Shown here one piece after another: positions 12,002 through 23,482 of a stretch of 64,000 nucleotides of DNA. This stretch comes from Trichodelitschia bisporula (taxonomy: Eukaryota): NCBI GenBank assembly GCA_010356995.1, contig ML996704.1, positions 372,001 through 436,000 on the forward strand. Reading direction: 5' to 3'. Numbering within the stretch: position 1 is the stretch's first letter; each line of letters begins with the position of its first letter. The translations under genes and the position numbers were made by a program. The notes under the pieces are model-generated. The model saw only the letters and a list, made by a program, of their open reading frames with translations. It searched no databases and was not told the DNA's origin.

Positions 12002-15000
12002 ATGGCTTCGGCGCGGTATGTAGTATCGCCTTAAACATTCCCAGCGCGACGCGACGCGCTTATATGAGCGTTTCGGCATCACTATGCTAACGGGCATTCC
12101 AATATCAGAATCGTGATAGACCTTTCCGAAGGAAACTATGAAGAAAGCAACGGCGTAAATGCACTTGAATCATTTAAAGAGCGCAAGCCGAGGCCAGCCG
12201 ACGCTCGTCCGTTGCCTAGTCCCGCTGCATCCAGGCAGATTAGAGTCCAACAACACGGAGCAGCATCTGGACAGGATAGTAGCCTTAGTGCAGCTGCAAC
12301 TGCCTCTGTGCTGCCAACAAGCAGCATATTTCGGCCCCTAGAACACTTTGACGTTGGACCTTCCATCCCGGGTCTTGGCATCTCTGCGGGTTTCAGCCCT
12401 AGTTCTAGGGTAACGAGGCAACCTTCCGCCTTCTCATCTGACTGGTTATCTGGTATCCCATCGACACCCAGCGCCTTACAACCACCGAACAATGTCGGTT
12501 GGAAGAACGATGCTTTCCGCTACAGTTTCGGCCGTTTGCCGGGGCTTCAGCTCGACGAAATCATGTCCAAGAAGCGGAAGGCCGATAGTGACCTCCCTTC
12601 GTCTCAGGACTTCCACCTCAGCAGGAGTGCGCAACCACAACCTGCATTCCATGGGCTGCCCATTATTTCACCATCTGCTCTCAGAACCTTTTCTCTGACG
12701 CGCTCTTCCAACAAATCCGCCACACCTCCAACTATCCATGAAAGCTCCAAATCCTCATCGGTGCCGGTTCCTGTGGATGGAGCCAGTGTCCTTCGGCCAC
12801 CTGCGGCGTCTCAACCCTCCACATCGCCACAGCCGCCTACAGTGCCTCCGCCATCTGTAGTTCTTGAGTCCTCTGTAGGGCCACAGCCCTCTCCCAGGCT
12901 TCAGTTACTTCTAGTTCCTCAACCACATGCAGCACCTCAGCCCTCTACATCACCGCAACTGCCTACAGTCCCTCGGGAACAAGCGGTATCTCCACCACTT
13001 GGAGTTCTCCAGTCCTCTGTAGTGCCACAGTCCTCTCCCACGCTTCAGTCGCCTTTGGTTCCTCAACCACATGCAGCACCTGTGCCCTCTGCAGCGCCAC
13101 AGTCTTCGGGGGGGCCTCAGTCCTCCGCAGTACCTCAGTCCTCCGCAGGGCCTCGGTCGCCTGTTGCGTCTGAGCTATCAAAACTAGCCAGAGATATAAG
13201 AGGAAGGGCCCAGTTTACTGACCTGCTAGACAAAGCATATGACGATGCTGGTGGAGTCGCATTCTCGGACCTTATCGAGAAGGATAGAACTCCTCTCAAC
13301 GATGACGATGGTGTACTCCTGCCGCTAGTGGGGCCTCAGACGGCAGTCGAGCTCCAAACGCCGGTGACGTCGGACCCTGATGCGAGAGATCCCAAACGGA
13401 GGCGTCTAGACGGCGCGCTGTCACCGCTACAGCAGCGGGCAAGCTCTGATGTGATCCTCACGGGGTTTTCGCCGTCCCCGGTTCCTGTAATGAGATCCGA
13501 GCTGTTGCGTAGCAACACTGACAACCATGGAACCAACGCAACTCCGAATGGAAGTCCCTGGAATAGTCAAGCGCCTGAATGGAACGCCCCTGCCTCCGGA
13601 ATGTCGCCTTTGTCAGCGAACACTCCGGATGGTCTACCTGCGCTCTCGCGGCTGCGGAAGCGTAACCACTTGATCAGCTACCACCCCAAAGCTTCGATGC
13701 GCCAGTTCAACCCCGACCGTCTGAAGAAGTTCAAAGCGAGCACGCTCCCTCCAGCGGGTGGGGCGCACTTTACTTTTGAGGAGCAGATCATGATCGGGTT
13801 CCTTCATGAGGTGATGGGTGTGTCCTGGACTGGGATCGATGCCATCATGGGCCGCGGAATTAACTGTTGCGCTACCAAGTTTCTCCGAAGACCTAAAGGA
13901 TTTAATGTTTCGGAAGTCAGACGCCAAATACATTATGACAGACATATTGAAACCATAAAATCCATCCTCGTCAAGGACATGTCCATCGCGGAGGTTATGG
14001 ATGCCTTTTGCCATCGCTTGCAGGAAGGTAAACCACCTTCTGATGTCGGCCGGCGCTGGGCAAAGGCAAGCCCAGTAGCCAAAACCGGGACGCCGAACAT
14101 TGAGGCACCAAGCATGGAAACCCCCGGCATTGAGACCCCAAACATGGTGACGCCGACTATCGAGGCGCCGAACGTGGAGACTCCGAATGATATAAAGGTA
14201 CCTAGAGCTGCACCAGTATCTCGTATTCTTCGGCCTAGACTGGAACGGGGCACGTCGGCTTCGGCTTCGGCTTCAGCGCCCGACACCCCCAGCGCTTCTA
14301 GTCAACTGCCATCTCCGGATGCTGATGTTTCCTCGTCAGAACACACTGGACGCCACGCACTGCGAAGCCGGCACTCGTTGCGCTTGAAAAACAACACATA
14401 TGCCGATGGAATGGTTCCCACGCAGCTCAAGCCGTATCTCGACTTCTTCACGAGAAAGACACTTAAAGAGGGTCTAAGCAGCATTGACTGGAGTGACGAT
14501 CCCGAGGCGTGGAAAGGAACCGAACTTCATGTTCCATTCGATCCAGACGAGGCGGAGGAACTGCTTGCATGTGTCCAAGCGAGATTGCACCAACGGAAGA
14601 GAGCAGTACCGCAGAGCAACGCCAGTCCGGTCCGGCAAATCATCAGCTTGGTGCAGGACGCGACGACTGCTGAACTTTCGGACTTCGCATGGCGTGCAAA
14701 GAACGGAGGGAAACTCAATGATCGGTCATATGCAAGCATCGAAGGCTTCCTCAAGGATGCCGCTCGCAAGCGCCCTCAGACCTCTGAAACCGCACCGCCC
14801 ATTCAGCTGGCTCGAGGTGGCGTGCCGAAGACCAAAGCTCCCCTCACGACGAGATTGCTTCAACGCGAAATCTCATCCGCGGGGCCTGAGCCTGGCTCGG
14901 CTAGAACGGTCGCTGCGCAACTCAAAGAAATGGTTCACGATGCCATGAATCCGGTATTGAACTTTACGGGGGCATCCGGGGATGTAGGGACAGTTGCCTG

Positions 15001-17146
15001 GTCTCCGGATGGGCTTCAATTCGCCGCTGGTTCTGTGTGTCTGGTGGATCCCAGCAGTATGCAGTACAACCGGCCGAACAACCTCCTTCTCGGGGATATT
15101 CCGCGTAAAGCCATTCGAGAACTTCCCGAACATTCGCGGCCCCGTCCACGAACGGAAACTGGACCGAACTCGACGCGGGCTATGCAGGCAACACAAGATC
15201 CACGGCTATTTGAAACGGTGTCTAGCGTCAGTTTCAAGGCTGACGGATCTTGCTTCTACTCCACCGGGTACGACAATGCTCTTCGCGTCTACGATGTCAG
15301 CGAGGGCACCAAGAACTGTAAGATGACTTGGTCCTATGATCACGGCGCTAAAGTCGACTTGCTTGGGGTCAGTCGGGTCAACGGACTCATTGCTACGGGA
15401 TGCCATCAAACCGAGAACAGTATCCGCATCTTTCATCATGGCTCCGATGGTATCGAGCTTGATAGCCAATTCACGTCTAGGTTGGCGACCAAGTACCCCA
15501 ACAAGAAATCCCACCCGTCCTGCCTTCGATGGGGGCCTCATTCCCTGACAAGCAACTTACTCCTCGCGGGATATGCCACCCAAGTGAACGATGATGTCAA
15601 GGAGACATACGGCGAGATTTGCATGTGGGACGTCGAGACGGGTCGTCCCCTCACGATGAGTCCCAGCACGGGAAATATCTTCGATTGCGCCTGGAGCCCA
15701 TCTAATCGGCTGCTTGCCACTGCCAGTTCTGCTGTCTCCATCAAAGTTAACAGAGGAACACGCTCAGTTGTCAAGGTTTACTGGCCAACTGAGTCTAGGT
15801 GGTCCAGCCACGGCGTCGAGCTTGAGTGCACTGCGCTGGACATCAATGACGTTGTGTTCTGTCCACAGGAACAGCACTACGTCGCAGCTGGCGCAACCGA
15901 CGGCAAGGTTTACGTCTGGGACATCCGGAGGCCCGATTACCTGCTCCATAAGTTCTCACACGGAGAGCCCCTTGTAGAGCCTGATCCGAACTTCGCACGC
16001 GAGGTCCTCGACACCGGGGTATGCTTCTGCGCTTGGGGCGATTCCCGGTCGAGGCTCCACACAGCATCGTCAGACGGCATCCTCAAAGCCTGGGACATAT
16101 TCCGCTCCCCGCAAGACGCGCACATCACCAACATAGCGTCCTTCAACTCGGGCATCATGTCCGGCGCCTTCAGCTCCGACTTCTCGAGCCTTCTGATCGG
16201 CGAAGTCAACGGCTCCGTCTCCGTTCTCGAAGCTGGCGCCCCCTCCATCAAAGGCCGCGCCGTCCGCCCCTTCCGCTTCGAACCCGCCCCCACCGAACCC
16301 CCACCTTTCCTCCCAACCACACCCGCCGAGCGCCCAACCACGCCCGTCGACTCGCTCCCCACCACGGACGACGAATCCGCACCGCAAGGCTCCACGACGC
16401 CAAAGCACTCGCCCTCCGGCCGCGCTCTCGGCGAGCACCTCGTCGCGACCAAGCAAATCGCCATCCGCTCCTTCGGCCCGAAGCGCCAAGCCGTACGTGG
16501 CCGCAAGTACACCGGCCCGTGGGACCGCGGCGCCGACGCGGGCTCGCTGCGCGCCAAGGCCGTGGTTTTCCAGCATGGGATCCGCGCGCGCCGGGCGCGC
16601 ACGCCGTGCCATATCCCGCTGTGCAGGGCGTCGGTGCCGCACTTCACGGACGAGGAGGGTGATTCGGGCCGCTGGGCGGATCGCATTCCCGGTGCTTTGC
16701 GGGACGCGGTTGCGGCTGCGGCGCGGCATGAGGGGAAGGGGGAGATGGTGCCTGGGATGCTGAGCTGTGCGCATTGCTCTGCGCCGGCGAGGCCGCGCAC
16801 GGGGGATGAGGAGCAGGAGGTTTTTCCGCTGTGTGAGAGGTGTGGGTTTGCGTGTTTTCGGTGTGGGGAGAGGGTTAAGGTTGGCTTGGCGGTTGGGGGG
16901 GTGGAGTGTAAGGCTTGTGGCGTGGGGTGGCGGGCGGGGGTGCTGGGGTATGCGGTTGTGAGGGATCGGAGGGCGGAGGAAAGGGAGACGCGGATGGAGG
17001 TGGACAGGGACGAGGATGGGACGGGGGAGGGGGGGGGGTGGAGGATGAGCCGCTACAAGGTCGATTTGGTGTCTGAACTCGAGGACTGGATGCATTCGCG
17101 CTGGGGCTCCGCTGGGGCGAGGAACTTGGCTGGGAATACTCGTTAG
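12002..17146 (+). CDS. Large WD40-repeat protein, Rik1-associated factor 1 (Raf1)/DIM-9-like DCAF, with Myb-like segment and C-terminal Cys-rich finger
   Basis: Exon 1 12002-12015, intron 12016-12108 (GTATGT..GCTAAC..CAG), exon 2 12109-17146 (MASARIVIDLSEG...). WD repeats from FTGASGDVGTVAWSPDG...SMQYNRPNNLLLG; WDxR motif VYVWDIRR; long Ser/Pro-rich N-terminus; CAHC..CERC.FACFRC..CKAC at the C-terminus. WD40 call is firm; the Raf1/DIM-9 orthology is from recollection. Confidence 0.85.
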
Positions 17147-17981
17147 CGAGGCGTTGGGAGCGGCGGTGGGGTGGGGACACATCCCTGGTGGAGTGTTGTG
17201 TTGATGTAGGAGGATGTGTGTGTAGCGAACTCTGGATAGCATGCCTTCGGAATAATACTACGTAAGGCCCGCCTGCCAGCACTAGTTCTAGCGTCCGTCT
17301 GTTTGCAGCACATTCTTCTGGATCCTGCCGCATCTATGGCTAATTGCCCCAATCAGCACGACATCTCAGGCATCCGCCATCCATTCCACACATCACCTCC
17401 CCTCATCTCCCACTGCTCATTTCCCAGTCCCACGTGTCCGTAACCCCATCATCGCATGTCTTACGGGCGAAAATTCCGAGCCCTTCCATCAGCTGAACTC
17501 CCAGCATCTGCCCTATAAGCCAACGAGTGAGAGCAAAATGCGGGGGCCGAAAGGAGGCCAGGGCAGCACGGCTCCGAATATCGTGCATCTAGAGTTTACA
17601 GGGCGCAAGGAAGATGCGCACCCCGCGCTGGCCCCGCGCTACCGTATATGCCGAAGCGTTTAAAGCCTAGGCCCCGTTTAAGCCTGGACCCCGTTCTAGC
17701 GGGCCCTAACAGGGAGCTGCTAGCGAGCGGAGATCTTCTTGCGCGGAGTATTTGGGTTACAAGCCCCGGCTAATTGCGTGCGATCGGGTATATATTGCGG
17801 ACATGCTTTGTGGGATGAGCGGGGGGATGAGCACCAGGGGGGTGCTAATGAGACCTCCAGCCTTGCTGCCGCCTGTTGCGGAACCGATGTCACGAACATG
17901 GCATTGGAGCAGGGTAGCATCGGACAAGGAAAGTGAATTGGACGTTATGTACACCGGCCCGTTGGCCCCCTAACCGAGCAC

Positions 17982-18877
17982 CTATTCCGAACCGTGAGAG
18001 TGGCCAGCATCACCCATGCCCTTCGGCGACGCACCCGCACCACCCGCCGCCTTCGGTGAAGCACCTGCACTAGAGGCACCACCCTTGGGGAATCCTAGCC
18101 GCAAGATCAGTTCCCGCGCCCATAGAAGCATCAAGAAAACTTACCACCAGCACCACCGAACCCACCGCCAGGAGCGCCACCCGCACCAGCCTTGGGGAAG
18201 CCTAGCCGCAAGATCAGTTCCCGCGCCCGTAGAAGCATCAAGAAAACTTACCACCAGCACCACCGAACCCACCGCCAGGAGCGCCACCCGCACCAGCCTT
18301 GGGGAAGCCTAGCCGCAAGATCAGTTCCCGCGCCCGTAAAAGCATCAAGAAAACGTACCACCAGCACCGCCGAACCCACCGCCCGGAGCACCACCCGCAC
18401 CACCCTTGGGGAAGCCTAGCCGCAAGATCAGTTCCAACGCCCATAGAAGTATCAAGAAAACTCACCACCAGCACCACCGCCAAACTTGCCTAGCAGAGCC
18501 GCAAGGTCAGGCGAGCCACCGCTACCCCCGGGCGCACCACCGCCGAGCTTGCCGAGCAGGGCCGCGAGATCGGGAGGGCTGCCGCCGGCGCCGCCCTTGG
18601 GGAAACCACCGGCACCGCCCATGCCACCCTTGGGGAAGCCGCCGGCACCGCCGGCACCACCCTTGGGGAAACCGCCGGCGCCGCCGCCGAACTTGCCCAG
18701 CAGAGCCGCGAGATCGGGGGAGCCGCCGGGGGCGCCGCCCGCGCCGCCCTTAGGGGAGCCGCCGGCACCGCCACCGAGCTTGCCGAGCAGGGCTGCGAGG
18801 TCGGGAGAGCCTTGGGGCTCGGCGTAGGGGGCCGCGATGACGGAGGCGACCAGCGCGGTGATGGCGAAGACCTTCAT
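17982..18877 (-). CDS. Secreted Gly/Ala/Pro-rich repeat protein (231 aa, 5 exons)
   Basis: Exons 18877-18466, 18415-18359, 18308-18252, 18201-18145, 18094-17982; four 50-nt phase-1 introns (GT[G/A][A/C]GT...CTGAT..TAG); spliced length 696 nt keeps frame to TAG. Signal peptide MKVFAITALVASVIA; repeats PDLAALLGK[L/F]GGG and GFPK[G/A]GAGG. Confidence 0.88.
18085..18480 (-). repeat. 107-bp tandem repeat (50-nt intron + 57-nt exon), about 3.7 copies
   Basis: Introns 18095-18144, 18202-18251, 18309-18358 and 18416-18465 are near-identical, as are the three 57-nt exons. Confidence 0.95.
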
Positions 18878-18984
18878 TTTTTTTGGGTGGTTGGTGGGGT
18901 TTGGTTTGGTTGGTAAGGAGTGACTGTGAAAGAGACTGTTGTGCTTGGGGTGAGGGAGGACTTGAGGTTGATGGGGTCCGTGGA

Positions 18985-18992
18985 CTTTATAG
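18985..18992 (-). promoter_or_regulatory. Putative TATA box (CTATAAAG) of the Gly-rich gene
   Basis: TATAAA ~110 bp upstream of the ATG, followed by a C/A-rich leader and an A-run before ATG. Confidence 0.6.
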
Positions 18993-19101
18993 CTGGGTCT
19001 TCGTCCCTAAGTTGCCCTGGTTGACAGCTGAGTCTTCGTCCCTAAGTTGCCCTGGTTGACAGCTGAGTCTTCGTCCCTAAGTTGCCCTGGTTGACAGCTG
19101 A
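18991..19101. repeat. 35-bp minisatellite x3 (AGCTGAGTCTTCGTCCCTAAGTTGCCCTGGTTGAC)
   Basis: Three head-to-tail copies with one mismatch and no spacers, abutting the TATA box. Confidence 0.95.
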
Positions 19102-21034
19102 TTCCAGGCTCCTGACCTTGGCTTCTATTGCAGGAGGGGCGCGACGCAGGCATAGTGGCAAGATGCACTATAGTCTTCAAACTCGGTTGGAGATCAGGGC
19201 CCCAAGCAGAAATGGAAAATAGATGAGCATCTGGAGATCCGTAAAATCGCCGGGAGTTGGACGAATGGGGGTGCCGAGCTCCACGACGCTGTATCCTCCG
19301 CAACGTGCATGCTGGATCCAGACTCCTGGGCAAGACATTGGCCAGTGTGGTGAGCACGTGTGGGGCAGAGCACTCTGGAAGCATATAGCCTTGGAGTGAT
19401 TTGTGAGATCACTTTGTCACAAACGCGGGCTGATCCACGCCCCAACTCCCAACAGTCCGGCTTGGTGGAAGATCGTTTGACGGGGAAAAGGCTTGTCCAA
19501 GCTTCGCCACGGGTTGCATGGTAGGTCTTCCCAGGACGTTGCCCAGCGCTTCTCCTGGTTGGAAGGTCTGGTGACGGAATCCCGTCGGCAGTGGGTTTGT
19601 TCCTGAATGAAGAACCACCAAGTGCCGTCATCCTCAGCCTGAAGAGTCACGAGATATCATCTTTCATGCTGAATTGCTGAAGGCCTGGTGCTACCTAGCG
19701 CACCCCCAGGTTTGATGATCTGCTCCGGATGATCCGCAGCAGCCCGTAGCGAGTGGACCAGATGCTGTCAACGTCTAGGCGAGGAGCCTAACACTAGTGT
19801 GCGGAAATTGGAAACACGAGGGCACTGAATGTTCCGTGAGGGGAAGTCGTGGCAAAGGCGGGCACGATGGTCGAATGACGTTCTATTTTGGTCAACACAA
19901 CTGCCCTCTATCAGATGCTTCATCCGCAGCAGAATGCGGAACGGGGAGCTACTTCTCTCCTTGGTCCGTTTGCTAGTGAAGTCAAAGGCGAGGGCGGGTC
20001 ACCCCAGACTCGTTAAGTTGCTTGAGTTTATTTTCCCGCTCCATGTGTGAAACGAGAACACCTCCAATCAAAGGACATGAGCGTTTCATCGGTCTGGGTG
20101 CTACACACATGTGCAAACTACGTATTCCAGATTCATTGCCAGCCTGTCGGGAAGACCCGAGATCACTACTTTGGAGGCATTAGGCCACTAGGAAGCCGTG
20201 CAGCAAATCGTGGAGAGACGGAAGCACGAGCAGGACATGGAGGTGATTTCAACCTGGTGGCAAGCGACACATGACGCAGAAGGGTACCGGCGAACAAGCA
20301 AGCAAAAATCGGTAGATTGGAGGTTGAGAGCAGCTAGAGAAGTGCTTTGAGTGTTGAGTGTAGAGTGATGGAGTGAGGTTGGGCTTGAAATGGCTGAGGT
20401 TGCAGTCGTGAGAGACGTCCAGAATTTCCGAGCCCAAACGGCCCGAGAGTTATACCCGGACAGATAGTGACGTCGTGACCCTGACGACGGCGATGACCTC
20501 CACTTCACTTCACTTCATCGCTTCTCTTCATCATCTCTTTTTCATTTTCATATGGCTTTCTCCTTCCATTTGAGCTTCAAGTTCATAGCACACCCCGCTA
20601 AAGACACTATATTAACTGCAGGATATCATTTGCCAAGATGTCACCATTTCCGCCTTCCGGAACGCAATGCCTTGACCAGTGATTCCTCGGAAATTGGACG
20701 AAAGAACCTACGGCAGTGGTGTGCGCACTCTTCGGGATGACGTTCATCATCCTTCAACAAGCTTTACTGTGGTCCTGTTGAGCAGCAGATCGTGAAATCC
20801 TATTTCGGCTGCATATTCCGGTCAGATTGATGTCCCGAGGCAGCATGATTAATATCGACACAAGGCAGTCGAAAACGTACAAGGTAGTCGAAGACGGTAC
20901 AATTGGCCAAGCATGCATACCGCCCAGCCTGTAGCTCGCACTCATAGACACCAATTCTCTAGGCAGCAGGATCCTGATGATACTAAGAGAGCTCCTAATT
21001 CGTGCTTCTAGCTCAACGTCAGCAGAAGAATACA

Positions 21035-22721
21035 ATGACAGACCCTCAGCTTCCCCAATATTACGAAAATGACCTCGAGCTCATCGATGTCAACGACGCA
21101 GCCGCGCTGCGTAGCGTCTTGGAAGACCTTCGTTCGGCCGTAAAGATAGGCACCGAGCTTGTTCTCGCCCACGTGCACAAGGCCACTCTCTCCGATACCC
21201 AGTCCCCCACGAGTCTGTACACTGGTGATTTAGGTAAAGCTCACTTGTTTTGGGCCTTGTGCGACGCCTGGACTCTTTGCCACGCTAACTAGTGGCAAAG
21301 GGATCGCCCTCGCCCTGCTCCGGCTCGAGCGCCAGGCCGAGCATTGCTTTCCGACCGGTCCGGCAACCGACCAGCTGCTCCAGGAAGTAAGGGCCGGAAT
21401 TGAGAGTATCGTCGCCCTCACGGCAAGGCCTACGGATCAAGATGGTCCCGAGCGCTTCTCGCCGATTAGCTCGACGGTGCTTGGCCCGCCGTTTGTGCGC
21501 TTGCTTGTAGGTGGGAGAGATGATGCTGATGTTGCTACGCTGCAAGATGCGCTTGACAGATCACTGGTGAAAGGGCCGGAGGTGTACAAGGACCGTCTCT
21601 TTTACGTGCATGAGATGTTTGTCGGGCGGACCGGGATGCTCTGGACGGCACTCGAATTGAAGAAGCTGCACCCTCAGAACACTGCTTTCACACACCTTTA
21701 TGAATCTGTGGATAAACTCACAGATGTCATTCTTCAAGATGGATACAAGGAAGGCAAGCTCTACCTTGAGAAGGGAAACGCGGACGTGGGGATGCCGCTC
21801 ATGTGGCGTTGGTTTGACGACTATCACGCACTGGGATTGTGAGTAAACTTGCTGGTGCCTGCACTGTCCTGCTAACACTGGTCTGCAAAGTGTGCACGGC
21901 AACAGTAAGTCTCCTCGCCCCAAACCTCGCGCCCACTAACCAAGCCCCTAGCCGGCATACTCTCATTCTTCCTCTCTTCTCCCCTCACCAAATCCCTCCA
22001 GCCCGCCTACCCCACCATGGCCACCACAATCACCGGCCTCAGCGCCCACGTCCTCGCAAACGCCGGCCATCTAGCCATGTCCATCCCCCCCCACGCAGCC
22101 ACCCGCACCCCACCCCTCCTCCAAATCTGCCACGGCACCCCCAGCTTCACCCTCCTCCTCGCCTTCGTGCAACGCAACCGCGCCTTCGCCTCCACGGTCT
22201 GGCAACCAGCCTGGACGGACGCCCTGCGCGCCGCTGCCGAAACCACCTGGACCCAGGGGCTGCTGGGCAAAGGAATCAGTCTCTGCCACGGTATTACGGG
22301 AAATGCCCTCCCGCTGCTCATGCTAGCCGACGGGGCAGCCTACCTCCCCGGTCCCGCCGCGCTCTCGGACGCAGAGACAGATACCCTGCTCGCCCGCGGG
22401 TTGAGCATGCTCCTCCACGCGCGGGCCTGCCCCCCCTTCGCAGAGGCCATGGAGGCGGATGAAGTCACCGCCCTAGCTAGGGGGAAGACGTACCGTGCCC
22501 CGGATCGGCCGTTTAGTTTGTGGGAGGGACTGGCGGGGGCGGTGGCGGCGTGGGCGGAGGCGTGTGTTAGTGTCACAGCGAGGCTGCGGGTGTTGGAGCT
22601 AGGGGGGAGTGGGGTGGGGAGGGGGGAGGTTTGGAGGGATGAGGCGCTGCAGCGGATTTTGAGGACGAGTGAGGGGTTTCCTGGGGTGGGTGGGTATTGG
22701 CCGGAGGGGGTGCGGGAGTAG
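21035..22721 (+). CDS. LanC-like protein (LANCL/lanthionine synthetase C-like family)
   Basis: Exons 21035-21233, 21301-21838, 21891-21904, 21952-22721 with canonical splice sites. Motifs SLYTGDLGIALALL, EMFVGRTGMLW, LMWRWF..LGFVHGNTGIL, LLQICHGTPS, GLLGKGISLCHGITGNA (Zn-ligand CHG motifs) and PDRPFSLWEGLAG. Confidence 0.92.
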
Positions 22722-23482
22722 AGGCGGCTGGGTGGGGACGTTGCTGGGGTTGTTCAGCCTTGCTGTACCCGGCTTGCACAGCTTCAGCCATACATGTTTC
22801 TTGCAGGACGGTGACCCCATTATGATGCTTAACTTAATTCAGGCTAGTGGTTTTGCTACATGCACAGGTGATTAAGTGAACCCCTCCTCGATGACGTAAA
22901 CATAAGGTAGGAGTAACGTTGTCAGGAAGGCGCATATTTGGTATCATCGTGTATTTATTCTTGAGAGTCCCTGATGTGGTTATGGAAGGAGCATTCTTAT
23001 GTCATCAAGGGATATGATGTAATGCGAGTATCAAGGGAAGAAGCGTTGAAGGACACGGTGTATATATTCCTGAGAGTCTGACTCTCTTCCTCTCCTCGTC
23101 TTTCATCAACTCTTTCACAATTATCATATTGTATACACGTGCCGTGAGCTCTGTTCTGCATCAGTCCCCGAATCTCTTCCTCTCCTTGTCTTTTACTTCA
23201 ACCTTCAGATTTCACAGTCGCCTTTGCACGTGGTGAGCCTTGCTCCCGATGCTCGATTCGACATCTGTCATCACGAGCCACAGCAGGGCTGCCGGGCATC
23301 TCCTCCTGGACATGGGACTAAACATTAACATTTAGAGATACAGTAGAACTAGTACATAGACATCACGCATGACCCCCTCATACCCAGACAGACACCCAAA
23401 ATTCCAAAAAAAACCAAACCAAGGAAACCCAAACGACGGTCAGACATTACACCAAGGAAAACTATACCCAAAAGATCGCATT

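Noticed and set aside
18016..18753. Repeated plus-strand ORFs (MGKPSRKISSRA...HHQHHR)
   Set aside because: Antisense translations of the 107-bp intron/exon array; the minus strand has the signal peptide, TATA box and splice sites.
18991..19101. 35-bp repeats as a possible CRISPR array
   Set aside because: Repeats are contiguous with no unique spacers, there are no cas genes, and the context is eukaryotic.
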